Origin: Vicinamibacterales bacterium
GTDB taxonomy: Bacteria > Acidobacteriota > Vicinamibacteria > Vicinamibacterales > UBA823
Length of the DNA stretch: 64,000 nt
Reading direction: 5' to 3'
Assembly (NCBI GenBank): GCA_965197385.1
Contig: CBDANA010000008.1
Coordinates: forward strand, 31,717 to 95,716
The notes under the pieces are model-generated. The model had not been told where the DNA came from, ran no database searches, and saw only the letters and a list, made by a program, of their open reading frames with translations. Shown piece by piece: positions 15,700-25,657 of this stretch. Numbering within the stretch: position 1 is the stretch's first letter; every line of letters begins with the position of its first letter. A program made the translations under genes and the position numbers.

Positions 15700-16871
15700 C
15701 GACCGTCCGATCCGACACCCGCCGGATCCAAGCGATCCGCCCGCCGGTCGTCGCTGTCATCCAGCGGCTGATCGCATCGACGCCAGGCACCATCTCCCTC
15801 GGCCAGGGCATGGTTCGATTCGGGCCACCGGCGGCGGCGGCCGAAGCGCTGGCACGTGCCGGCGGGTCGCCGGACCTGCATCGCTACGGTCCAGTGGACG
15901 GCTTGCGCCCGCTCGTCGAGGGGTTGGCGGACAAGCTCGAGCAGGACAACGGCATCACCGTCTACCCCGCGAGCCGCGTCGTCGTCACGGCGGGCAGTAA
16001 CATGGGCTTCGTCAACGCGGTCCTGGCCATCGCCGACCCCGGCGACGAAATCGTGCTGCCCGTCCCGTTCTACTTCAATCATGAGATGGCGGTCGTCATG
16101 GCCGGCTGCCGGCCAGTGCCGGTCCCCACTGACGAGCACTACCAGCTCGACCTCGACGCCCTCGAGGAGGCAATCACGCCGCGGACCCGCGCCGTCGTGA
16201 CGGTCTCCCCGAACAATCCGGCCGGCGTGATCTATCCGGAAGCGGCGCTGCGGACCGTCAACACGCTGTGCCGCGATCGCGGCCTGTTCCACATCTCGGA
16301 CGAGCCGTACGAGTACTTCCTCTTCGACGGCGCCACCCACTTCTCACCCGGCAGCCTCCCCGACGCCGGGGCGCACACCATCTCGCTGTATTCCTTTTCC
16401 AAGGCGTTCGGGTTTGCCGGCTGGCGGATTGGCTACATGGTAATCCCGGAGGCGTTGGTCAGCGCGGTCGACAAGATTCAAGACACCATCCTGGTCTGTC
16501 CGCCGGCCGCCAGCCAGTATGCCGCGGCGGGCGCGCTGTCAGTCGGTGTGGCCTACTGTCGCGAACGTTTGCCCGAGCTGGCCGAAGTGCGGCGCATCGT
16601 CCGCGACACGCTGGCCGACGTCTCCGACCTGTGCACGCTGCCGGACGCCGACGGCGCGATGTACTACCTGGCCCGCATCCAGGCGCCGATCGGCTCGCTC
16701 GACCTCGCCACACGCCTGATTCATGAGCACCGAGTGGCGGTCATTCCAGGGACCGCGTTCGGGCTCGCTGACGGATGCTATCTGCGCATCTCCTATGGCG
16801 CCGTGGACGCGCGGGAGGCGGCCGAGGGCACGTCGCGGCTGGCGCGGGGACTGCGTGCGATCGTCGGGTGA
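15696..16871 (+). CDS. Class I/II PLP-dependent aminotransferase
   Basis: ..ISLGQGMVRFGPP..VVVTAGSNMGF..GDEIVLPVPFYFNHEM..VSPNNPAGV..ISDEPYEYF..SFSKAFGFAGWRIGY.. The GTG at 15696 overlaps the upstream stop (GTGA). Confidence 0.88.
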   Translation: MTTVRSDTRRIQAIRPPVVAVIQRLIASTPGTISLGQGMVRFGPPAAAAEALARAGGSPDLHRYGPVDGLRPLVEGLADKLEQDNGITVYPASRVVVTAGSNMGFVNAVLAIADPGDEIVLPVPFYFNHEMAVVMAGCRPVPVPTDEHYQLDLDALEEAITPRTRAVVTVSPNNPAGVIYPEAALRTVNTLCRDRGLFHISDEPYEYFLFDGATHFSPGSLPDAGAHTISLYSFSKAFGFAGWRIGYMVIPEALVSAVDKIQDTILVCPPAASQYAAAGALSVGVAYCRERLPELAEVRRIVRDTLADVSDLCTLPDADGAMYYLARIQAPIGSLDLATRLIHEHRVAVIPGTAFGLADGCYLRISYGAVDAREAAEGTSRLARGLRAIVG

Positions 16872-16905
16872 GGCTGCCGCCATGACTGCATGACTGCGTG
16901 ACCGC

Positions 16906-17448
16906 ATGACCGAGCACCTCCCTTACACGGCCACGACCCTGTCGGCAGCCTACGAAGGCATCGACCGTCTCCCGGTGTCGTTGCTCCTCGACAACGTCCG
17001 CAGCCTGTACAACGTCGGAGCCTTCTTCAGGAGCGCCGACGCCGCCGGGCTCGACCACCTCTACCTGTGTGGCTACACGGGTCACCCGCCGAGCCGCGAG
17101 ATCGCGAAGACCGCGCTCGGCGCGGAAACGGCGGTCGCGTGGAGCCGATGCGCCGATCCGCGGGCGCTGCTGGAACGGCTCGCGACGGACGGCGTCGAGC
17201 TCGCGGCGATCGAAACGAGCGTGCGGGCCGTCGATCTGTTCGACTGGGAACCGAGGTTTCCCATCTGTGTCCTGTTCGGGAACGAGGTCGAGGGACTGCG
17301 CGCGGAGTTGCTGGAGCGATGCGACACGCACGTGAGGCTGCCCATGCTGGGTGTGAAGCGCTCGCTCAACGTCGCGACCGCCGGCGGCGTCGTCGCCTAT
17401 GAGCTGCTGCGCAAGTACCGACACCGCCTCGAGCTGGCGCCGCGCTAG
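16906..17448 (+). CDS. SpoU/TrmH-family RNA 2'-O-methyltransferase
   Basis: 180 aa, ..LLLDNVRSLYNVGAFFRSADAAG..LFGNEVEGL..LPMLGVKRSLNVATAGGVVAYEL.. Its TAG stop (17446-17448) is built from the MITE junction. Confidence 0.85.
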   Translation: MTEHLPYTATTLSAAYEGIDRLPVSLLLDNVRSLYNVGAFFRSADAAGLDHLYLCGYTGHPPSREIAKTALGAETAVAWSRCADPRALLERLATDGVELAAIETSVRAVDLFDWEPRFPICVLFGNEVEGLRAELLERCDTHVRLPMLGVKRSLNVATAGGVVAYELLRKYRHRLELAPR

Positions 17449-17639
17449 CAGCCCGTGGTGAAAGTCTCACTGCATTCGACCGCCGATGCATCCCGCCATG
17501 GGCGGCGCTGGGCGTTGTCCACGATGGGTCAAATACTCCCGGTATGCTCCCGCCTCGCGCCTGGCGGGGCCGACCGCTGCCTCGGGCTTGACCTTAGCGG
17601 GGTCTCGGTGCCGCGCTGGACTTTCACCACGGGCTGCTA
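17446..17639. mobile_element. MITE (190 bp) with 19-bp perfect terminal inverted repeats and flanking TA duplication
   Basis: TA-GCAGCCCGTGGTGAAAGTC (17446-17466) ... GACTTTCACCACGGGCTGC-TA (17619-17639). There is no ORF inside. The TA flanks fit IS630/Tc1-mariner-type transposition. Confidence 0.75.
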
Positions 17640-18809
17640 AGCGATCGACCGGGTGAGCATCGCCTCGGCGATCGCCCGGTAGCCCGCCGCCGCGCCGGTC
17701 AGCTGGCTGACCTCAAGATACTCGTCGCAGACGTGCGCGTGGTGCTCCGACGACGGGCCAAAGCCGATCGTCGGGACCCCCGCAGCACCGGCACTGTAGG
17801 CCGCATTCGTGCAGAACTGATAACTCCGCATCGAAGAATCGAGCCGGGCGGCGCGCAGCCCGCCGAGCGCCTGCTGCACGAGCACGTGCGACTCGTCGGT
17901 CTGCCAGGGTGCGTACCACTTCGGCTCGTCCCAGCGTATCCCGGTGTAGCTCTGATAGTCGGTCGTCGCCAGGTGCAGGGTTGTGTCCGCCGCCCCCGCC
18001 CGCGTGCACGCCTCGCGCATCTCGCCGAACAGCATCGCCTGCGTCTCGCCCGGCAGCAGCCGCCGCTCGTAGGTCGCGCGGCAGCCGCTCGGCACGACCG
18101 AGTGCGCCGGGTACGGCACGGAGATCACGTCGGTCAAGCACATCACCCCCCCTCCGACGAACGGATCGGTCGGCATCGGCAGTGCCTCGATCTCGGCGAT
18201 CACGTCCCGCATCACGTGCACGGCATTCAGGCCGCGGTCCGGCGTCGATGCGTGCGACGGCCGGCCGTGTGTCTCGACGACCACTTCCGCCCGGCCGCGA
18301 CCGGCGCGCACGAGGTGCAGCTCGGAGGCTTCCCCGATGACCACGAAATCAGGGTGAATCGACTGCATGACGTGACGGAGCGCCGCACCCTCGATCAGCT
18401 CCTCACCCACGGAAGCCGAGACGACGGCGCGTCCGGCCGTCGCCTCTCGATCCAGCCCGGCCACGGCGTGGACCATCGCCGCCAGCGCGCCCTTCATGTC
18501 CGAGCTGCCACGCCCGTAGATGCGATCATTCTCGAGCGCCGCGCCGAACGGGTCGTGCGTCCAACCCTCACGCGGCACGACGTCGACCGTGTCCATGTGC
18601 GCGTCGAACAGGAGCACGGGGCCGTCTGTGCGCCCCTCGACGACGCCGACCACGTTGCCCGCCTCGTCGGTCGTCACGCGGTCGAAGCCCAGCCGCTCCA
18701 TTTCCTCCCGGACGCGCACAGCCATCGCCTGCTCGTGGCCGAGCACACTCGGCGTCCGCACCAGGGCGCGGGTGAACTCGACCAGCGCCGCCTCGCCTTG
18801 GCCGGTCAT
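17637..18809 (-). CDS. M20-family metallopeptidase/deacylase (ArgE/DapE/YgeY-like)
   Basis: 390 aa, ..LVRTPSVLGHEQ..LLFDAHMDTV..GRGSSDMKGALAAM.. Confidence 0.85.
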   Translation of the reverse strand: MTGQGEAALVEFTRALVRTPSVLGHEQAMAVRVREEMERLGFDRVTTDEAGNVVGVVEGRTDGPVLLFDAHMDTVDVVPREGWTHDPFGAALENDRIYGRGSSDMKGALAAMVHAVAGLDREATAGRAVVSASVGEELIEGAALRHVMQSIHPDFVVIGEASELHLVRAGRGRAEVVVETHGRPSHASTPDRGLNAVHVMRDVIAEIEALPMPTDPFVGGGVMCLTDVISVPYPAHSVVPSGCRATYERRLLPGETQAMLFGEMREACTRAGAADTTLHLATTDYQSYTGIRWDEPKWYAPWQTDESHVLVQQALGGLRAARLDSSMRSYQFCTNAAYSAGAAGVPTIGFGPSSEHHAHVCDEYLEVSQLTGAAAGYRAIAEAMLTRSIA

Positions 18810-18819
18810 CCTCGCTTTC

Positions 18820-20025
18820 TCAACCGGCCGTCCGTTCCATGACCTCGACGCCGTCGACGACGGTATCGCTCGGATGCACGACGACTCGGTCGCCAGCCGA
18901 GAGCCCGGACAGTACCTCGGCCTCGAGGCCGTTCCGCCGCCCGATGTCGATCACCTGCCGCACGGCCCGGCCCTCGGCGACGCGGTACACCGCCCAGGCC
19001 TCGCCGGCGCGGAACAAGCTGCTGGTCGGCACCTTCAGCACGTCCTCCCGCTCCCAGACAATCACGCGCACTTCGACCCGGTAGCCGTCACCGAGGGCCT
19101 GCCAGGCGTCGCGGACATCCACGAAGTCGACGATGACATTCACCCGTTGCTCCTCCACGCCGAGCGCGGAAACCTTCATGAAGCCCGACGGCTCGACCAG
19201 CCGCACCCGCCCGCGCAGCTCGGTGCCGCCGCCCCACTGGTCGATCAGTACGTCATCACCCGCCCTGATCTGCACGGCATCGACCGACAGCATGTCCGAG
19301 ACGATCTCGAGATTCACCGGATCGGCGACTTCTAGGATCGGTTCTCCGGCCGGCACGACCGATTCGCTCTCGCGAAGCCGGCGCAGGACGACGCCGTCGA
19401 TCGGCGAGCGCAGGACGATGGCCCCGTCCCCGCCGCCACCCTGGACCTGGACCAGGCTGGCGCGCGCCACCTCGAGCTGGTACTCGGCGGTCCGGAACGC
19501 GAACTCGGCTGCGCGCTGCGCCTGCTCCCGGCTGCGCGCCTGATGCTCGGCGGCGTCCAGCCGCTCCTCCGACACGATGCCGTCGTCGGCCAGCTCCCCG
19601 GCTCGCGCCACCTCGTTCCGCGCAAACTCGGCCTCGACGATCGCCCGCTCCCGGTCGGCCCGCGCACGGCCCAGCGCCGACTCGGCCGCCCGGACGCGAG
19701 CCTCGGTCTCCGCGCGTGTGCGCGCGTCGAGCAGAATCGGATCGTTCGGCTGGAAGGTCGCCAGCACGCTCTCGCCCGCCGTCACCGGGTCGCCCGGTTC
19801 GAGCTCAATGCGCAGCGCCCTGCCAGCCAGTGGCGCCGAGACGACGAAGCGATCGTGGACGCGCGTTTCGCCTTCCTCGTCCAGCGTCACGCGCAGCCCG
19901 CCGCGCTCGACGGCCCCCAGGTCGACCGGCACCGGCGCCGGACGCAGCGCCAGCCCGAGCGCCACGAGCACGCCCACCACGACGACCCACGTCACGATGC
20001 GACTGGTGCGAATGGCCATCCTCAT
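18820..20025 (-). CDS. HlyD/MacA-family periplasmic adaptor subunit
   Basis: 401 aa with an N-terminal TM segment, a coiled-coil hairpin (..AEAEFARNEVARAGELADDGIVSEERLDAAEH..) and a beta-barrel C-terminus. The start overlaps the permease stop. Confidence 0.85.
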   Translation of the reverse strand: MRMAIRTSRIVTWVVVVGVLVALGLALRPAPVPVDLGAVERGGLRVTLDEEGETRVHDRFVVSAPLAGRALRIELEPGDPVTAGESVLATFQPNDPILLDARTRAETEARVRAAESALGRARADRERAIVEAEFARNEVARAGELADDGIVSEERLDAAEHQARSREQAQRAAEFAFRTAEYQLEVARASLVQVQGGGGDGAIVLRSPIDGVVLRRLRESESVVPAGEPILEVADPVNLEIVSDMLSVDAVQIRAGDDVLIDQWGGGTELRGRVRLVEPSGFMKVSALGVEEQRVNVIVDFVDVRDAWQALGDGYRVEVRVIVWEREDVLKVPTSSLFRAGEAWAVYRVAEGRAVRQVIDIGRRNGLEAEVLSGLSAGDRVVVHPSDTVVDGVEVMERTAG

Positions 20026-22385
20026 TCTCGCGTCTTCAGCACCGCGACCAGATCCAGCTGGTCGAGCTTCCGGCGCACCGACAGTCCCGACAGCGTCGCC
20101 GCCGCCAGGATCACGAGGGCTGCCAGCGCGAACGTCCGGGCCGTCACGACCAGCGGAAACCGGTAGAGCTCGGTGTCGAGTGCCGTGACGGTCAGCGCGG
20201 CGAGGCCGTACCCGAGCAGCAGCCCGACCGGAATGGCGATCAGGGTCACCACCCCGAGCTCACCGAGCAGGATGGCAGAGATCTCGGCCCGCGTGAAACC
20301 GAGCACCCTTAAACTGGCCAGCTCCCAACTGCGCTCCGAGAGGGAGATGCTCGCCGCATTGTAGACCACGCCGAACGCGATGATGCTCGAAAACAAGATG
20401 TTGAAGAAGATCATCACGTTGAAGTTCCGCCGAAGCGTCTCGTCGAAGTTCTCGATCGCAGTCCATTTCAGGGCCACCCCCGCCACCGCCGGCGTCTCCT
20501 TGAGCCGCGCGTACAGTTGCTCGAGCTCGAGACGGTCGACCGCCATCGACGTTCCCGACAACGTGCCCCCTTCACGCATGACGCGGCGCAGCGCGTCGAT
20601 CTCCATGTAGGCCGACATGCCCATGTACTCTTCGACCAGACGATTGACGACGACCGGCCGCACCGGCCGAGCCCCTTCCAGCACTTCCATGTACACGGTA
20701 TCGCCTGGACCGACTGCCAGCAACTCGCCGAGCTTCGCCGACAGGACGAGCCCGTCCGGGGGTAGCTCGATCGGCCGAAGCGAGCGATCGACCACGCGGT
20801 GCAGGCTGGGCCGCGCGGGCAACCCGGTCACCGCCAGCTGGCGCACGCGATGGCCGGACCGCAGCCGGGCCGGGACGACGCGCATCGGCTCGGCCGAGAT
20901 CACGCCGGGCAAGTGGGCGACTTCGTGGAACGCCCGTGCGGAGGCCGGCTCGACGAAGCTCACGGTCACGTCCTGCCGCTGCGCCACCTGGAACTGCACC
21001 TCCATCAGTTCGTCCATTGCGTCGATGAAGAAGGTGCCCACGATCAAGATGGCGGCACCGAACGCAATGCCGACGATCGACGTCACCGTCCGGAACGGCT
21101 GCCGTTGGAGGTTCCGTGCGACCATCCGCGCCGGCGGCGATAGCAGCCCCCGCAGGCCGACGCGCTCGATCCAGCTCTCGCGATAGTCCTTTGGCGGCTC
21201 CGGGCGCATCGCTTCGGCCAGCGGCAGGCGCACCGCCTGACGGACGGCGCCCAGGGCACCGAGCACCGCCGCGGCGGCGCTCACCGCGACACCGGTCACC
21301 ACGGTGACCGGCATCAGGCGATAGATGAGGACAGGAAACCGAAAGTAGTCGCTGTACAGAGAGACGAGGCCCGAGCCGAACCAGCGGCCGGCCGCGATGC
21401 CAATCACCGTGCCCACGGCAGCGATCACCACGCCCCACTGCACGTAGTGCAGGCCGACCTCGCGGTTGGCGTAGCCGAGCGCCTTTAGCATCGCGATCTG
21501 CTCCCGCTGCACCGCGACGATCCGCGTGAGGACGACATTCAGCAGGAACGCCGCCACGCCGAGAAAGAGCAACGGAATCGCCACGCCGAAGCTCTGGAGC
21601 TGCGTCAGCTCGCTGTCGAGATACCAGTGCGAAAACTGCAGCGAGCGGGGAATCGCTCCGAGTCCGCCGTACGGCTCGAGCAAGCGGTCGAGCCGCGCGA
21701 TGACTTCCGCCTCCGACGCGCCGCGGCCGAGCCGGATTGCCACGTCATTGAACCCGCCTTCCATGTCGAACGCGGTGGCGAGCGCCCGGCGCTCCATCCA
21801 GAAGATGCCGAAGCGCGCATCGTCCGGGATGATCTCGCCGGGACGGATGCTGTAGACATACTCGGGCGACAAGGTAATTCCGACGATCTCGAGCTTCTGC
21901 CGTCGGCCGTTGATGACCGCGGTGACCGTGTCGCCCGGCTCCAGGTCGTGCGCGAGGGCGAACGACTCGCTCACGAGGACTTCGCCGGCGCGACTGGCGT
22001 CGACGTAGCGTCCGACCCGGAAGAACAGGTCGTTCAGCATCGCCCGGCGTCGGGACGGCACCGAGATCAGTCGCCCGGTCGCCGGCTCCGCCAGGCCCGG
22101 CACATCGAGCGCGACGTCCACGACGACCCGGGTCTCGAGCTGCGCCACGCCGGGAATCTGGACGATCCGGTCTCGAAGCCGAGAGGGTGCCCGCTTGAGA
22201 CTGGCAAACACGTCGGCGAACCGGTAGCGCTCGTAGTAGGCGCGCTGCGTGGCGCGCAGCGAATCGAACGCACTCAAATACATCACGTACATCGTGACGC
22301 CGGCCGCGATGACCATCGCGATCGCGAACGCCTGTCCCTTGATCGCCCAGAGATCGCGCAGCAGTTTCCGGGTCAGCGCACGCAC
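20022..22385 (-). CDS. ABC transporter permease with two FtsX-type domains (MacB/DevC-like)
   Basis: ORF 20022..22502. The probable GTG start at 22385 (VRALTRKLLRDLWAIKG..) is typical of FtsX-family permeases. The duplicated 4-TM modules are separated by large periplasmic domains. Confidence 0.85.
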   Translation of the reverse strand: MRALTRKLLRDLWAIKGQAFAIAMVIAAGVTMYVMYLSAFDSLRATQRAYYERYRFADVFASLKRAPSRLRDRIVQIPGVAQLETRVVVDVALDVPGLAEPATGRLISVPSRRRAMLNDLFFRVGRYVDASRAGEVLVSESFALAHDLEPGDTVTAVINGRRQKLEIVGITLSPEYVYSIRPGEIIPDDARFGIFWMERRALATAFDMEGGFNDVAIRLGRGASEAEVIARLDRLLEPYGGLGAIPRSLQFSHWYLDSELTQLQSFGVAIPLLFLGVAAFLLNVVLTRIVAVQREQIAMLKALGYANREVGLHYVQWGVVIAAVGTVIGIAAGRWFGSGLVSLYSDYFRFPVLIYRLMPVTVVTGVAVSAAAAVLGALGAVRQAVRLPLAEAMRPEPPKDYRESWIERVGLRGLLSPPARMVARNLQRQPFRTVTSIVGIAFGAAILIVGTFFIDAMDELMEVQFQVAQRQDVTVSFVEPASARAFHEVAHLPGVISAEPMRVVPARLRSGHRVRQLAVTGLPARPSLHRVVDRSLRPIELPPDGLVLSAKLGELLAVGPGDTVYMEVLEGARPVRPVVVNRLVEEYMGMSAYMEIDALRRVMREGGTLSGTSMAVDRLELEQLYARLKETPAVAGVALKWTAIENFDETLRRNFNVMIFFNILFSSIIAFGVVYNAASISLSERSWELASLRVLGFTRAEISAILLGELGVVTLIAIPVGLLLGYGLAALTVTALDTELYRFPLVVTARTFALAALVILAAATLSGLSVRRKLDQLDLVAVLKTRE

Positions 22386-22392
22386 ATCGACC

Positions 22393-23130
<738 letters not shown>

Positions 23131-23133
23131 ATC

Positions 23134-24300
23134 TTATGGCTTCCCCATCGTCGGTCCGCCGGTCTCGAACTGGCGCGGGATTCTGTCGGCAACCGCCGGC
23201 AGCTCGGGAAACGCGCCGTGGGGCTCCGTCTGGTACCAGTAAGCGACCGTGTAGAAGTTGTCGGCGCGGTGGTTCCCGTGGCCGTGTTCGATCGTCACCT
23301 TGATCGAGTCCTGGAACACGACCGGCGATTCGGTGTGCAGCCGGTACACCATCCACTTGGCGCCGCGGTCGTCGCCCCCGTTCACCGGATTCCCGTAGCG
23401 CTGGAACGCGAAGGTCGGTCGCGCGTTGCCGAACGGGCTAATCCCGCACCCGCCGTAGCACCAGGCGCCGAGGTAGTAGTCCTCCGAGCCGGTACCGATG
23501 ATCCGCGGCGTTGTGTCGCCGTCGATCACGATCATCTCGTCGCCTTCACCCCACCAGTCACCCTGGTTCTGCAGGATGCTATGGATCACGGCGACGTAGT
23601 GGCCCCGGCCGGTGGCGTCGAGCAGCACGTAGTTGTCAGCACCCTCCAGGTTGCGGTGCTCGTTGACCAGGTTGTCGCCGTTCAGCGCCCAGTCGGTCGT
23701 CCAGCCCGGGGTGGGCGTTCCTTGGCGATACTGCGCGTGAAAGTAGCCAATGTCGTCCGGCAACCGCTCGTGCTGCTCATAGTCGATGTTGTAGTAGAAG
23801 GCGCTGACCGTCTCGTCCCCTTCGTTCGTCACGGTGAGTCGAGCCGAGCGGCGGAACGGCATCGGAAAGAACGTGTTCAGCGCCCGCTGCGAGCCGACCG
23901 ACAGCACGGCGGATTCGTAGAGAAAATACTCGCCGAACCCCAACCCGAAGAAGTCGCCGATCGGCGCCTCGACGCTCGGCGTCGCTTCGCCGTCCCAGAA
24001 CATCCGCAGCACGATCTTCTTCAGGTGGTAACTCTCGGGCGTGGGGATCGTGATCCAGATGTGGCTGATGATCGCCGGGCCGTCGATCTCGGCGATCGTC
24101 CGCGTCTCACCGGCGCGGATCGGATTCTGCCAGTTGCCATCGTCGTTCGCGCCAGTCCGGTCGTGGCTCGACACGCGATGGTTCGAGTAGGTCCGCAGCA
24201 CCGGCAGCGTGCTCAACTCCGACGACACGGACTGGGCGGTCGCGGGTGACGCGAGCCCGATCAGCGTCAGCGCAAGGGTCAGGTGGCTGAGCATCCTCAT
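23134..24300 (-). CDS. Secreted DUF2961 / GH172-family protein
   Basis: MRMLSHLTLALTLIGLASPATAQ signal peptide; ..SSHDRTGANDD..HIWIT..LRMFWDGE..PIGDFFG..FPMPF...A...V.NE..YY.IDY..GDWWGEGDE..IDGD...I.GTGSEDYY.. GGAGGTG lies 5 nt upstream of the ATG at 24300. Confidence 0.75.
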   Translation of the reverse strand: MRMLSHLTLALTLIGLASPATAQSVSSELSTLPVLRTYSNHRVSSHDRTGANDDGNWQNPIRAGETRTIAEIDGPAIISHIWITIPTPESYHLKKIVLRMFWDGEATPSVEAPIGDFFGLGFGEYFLYESAVLSVGSQRALNTFFPMPFRRSARLTVTNEGDETVSAFYYNIDYEQHERLPDDIGYFHAQYRQGTPTPGWTTDWALNGDNLVNEHRNLEGADNYVLLDATGRGHYVAVIHSILQNQGDWWGEGDEMIVIDGDTTPRIIGTGSEDYYLGAWCYGGCGISPFGNARPTFAFQRYGNPVNGGDDRGAKWMVYRLHTESPVVFQDSIKVTIEHGHGNHRADNFYTVAYWYQTEPHGAFPELPAVADRIPRQFETGGPTMGKP

Positions 24301-24316
24301 GATTCCACCTCCAAGG

Positions 24317-24344
24317 TCATCGATCATCCATCATCGATCATCCG
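24317..24344. repeat. 14-bp tandem direct repeat (2 copies) in the 5' leader of the DUF2961 gene
   Basis: TCATCGATCATCCA / TCATCGATCATCCG, followed by GTCAT-rich sequence to 24360. On the coding strand it reads as GATGA-type repeats. Confidence 0.6.
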
Positions 24345-24358
24345 TCATTTGTCATCTG

Positions 24359-25627
24359 TCATCGCCCGGCCGCCCGCAGCCGGACAGGGTCGTAGACACG
24401 GCCGTCCTTGACGACACGCCAGATCCGCGCCGTCGCCTCGATCGCGTCGCTGGGGTCGCCCTCCACGACCACGACGTCGGCGTACTGCCCCACGTCGATC
24501 GCCCCCAGCGTGTCGGCGCGGCCGAGCGCCCGCGCCGCCGTCGCCGTCGCACCGCGCAACGCGGCGCATGGGCTCAGCCCGCAGCGCACGAGCAGCACCA
24601 GCTCTTCGTGCAAGTCGCCCAGATCCTCCGTGTCGGTACCGGCGCCAATCGTCACCCCTCGACGGGCGGCCTCGCCCACCATACGGCACGCCGCGTCGAA
24701 TCCACGCAGCGCCCGTGCGCGGTCCTCGGCGCTCCAGCCGCGCGTCAGCGGCACCTGTCCACTCGCCAGGCGATGGCCGAGCACGAGCGTCGGCGTCCAG
24801 ACCGTGCCCGTCTCCGCGAGCCGCTGCAAGAGCCGCCCCGCGCGCGCGGACGATGGATCCAGGTGATTCGCCCAGCGTGTGTAAATCTGGAAAAATGCGT
24901 CGGCCGTCGTGACCGGCGCCGGCCCAGACCACTCTGGCAGCAACTCGCGAAAGATGTACAGGTGTTCGACGCCGTCCACGCCAAAGTCGAGAGCCAGGGA
25001 CAGCGGGACGCTGAGATGCCACGTGACCGGGAGCCCGCGGGCGTGGGCCTCCTGGATGGCGACCTGCGCGTGGGCCGCCGGCGTGCGCATGTAGAGCTTG
25101 ACGAGATCGATCCCGGCGGCTGCCGCCGCAGCAACGTCACGCCGGACCGACCCGCGCGTCTGCCCCGCCAACAGGTCGAGCAGCAGCCCGACGAACAGTC
25201 GAGGCCCAGCCATCCGGCCCGCCTCGATCGCCGCGCGGGTACGGCACGCACGCTCGAGGTCGGCGCCCGGAGCGCGCACGGTGGTCACGCCGTGGGAGAG
25301 CCACCGTGCAGGAGCCGCGGACACGCTGGCCGCGTGCTGATGCAGATCGATGAGCCCCGGGATGACCACACGGCCGCCAACGTCGAGCGTCGCTGCGTCC
25401 AGGGGCAGGCGCAGATCGGCGTCGGCGCCGACCCACCCAACGACGGTGCCCTCGACGACCACGGCGCGGTCCACACCGGGAAACGGCGTGGTGCCGGCTA
25501 GCAGCGTGGCGTGCCGGATGACAAGAAACGGCGCGGACCCGGTCGAGCCGGCCTGCGCGGCCGCGCCGCCGGTCAGGCCGGCTAGGCACGCCGCCGCGAG
25601 CAGCCCGAGGCGAAAATCCCGCTGCAT
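24359..25627 (-). CDS. Secreted amidohydrolase-family protein
   Basis: 422 aa with a signal peptide; ..VVIPGLIDLHQHAA..VDGVEHLY..GAGTD..CGLSP..ALRGATATAARALGR.DTLGAIDVGQYADVVVVEGDP.. Confidence 0.85.
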   Translation of the reverse strand: MQRDFRLGLLAAACLAGLTGGAAAQAGSTGSAPFLVIRHATLLAGTTPFPGVDRAVVVEGTVVGWVGADADLRLPLDAATLDVGGRVVIPGLIDLHQHAASVSAAPARWLSHGVTTVRAPGADLERACRTRAAIEAGRMAGPRLFVGLLLDLLAGQTRGSVRRDVAAAAAAGIDLVKLYMRTPAAHAQVAIQEAHARGLPVTWHLSVPLSLALDFGVDGVEHLYIFRELLPEWSGPAPVTTADAFFQIYTRWANHLDPSSARAGRLLQRLAETGTVWTPTLVLGHRLASGQVPLTRGWSAEDRARALRGFDAACRMVGEAARRGVTIGAGTDTEDLGDLHEELVLLVRCGLSPCAALRGATATAARALGRADTLGAIDVGQYADVVVVEGDPSDAIEATARIWRVVKDGRVYDPVRLRAAGR

Positions 25628-25657
25628 TCGGTTCCTGACCGTAATTCGATGTGACGC

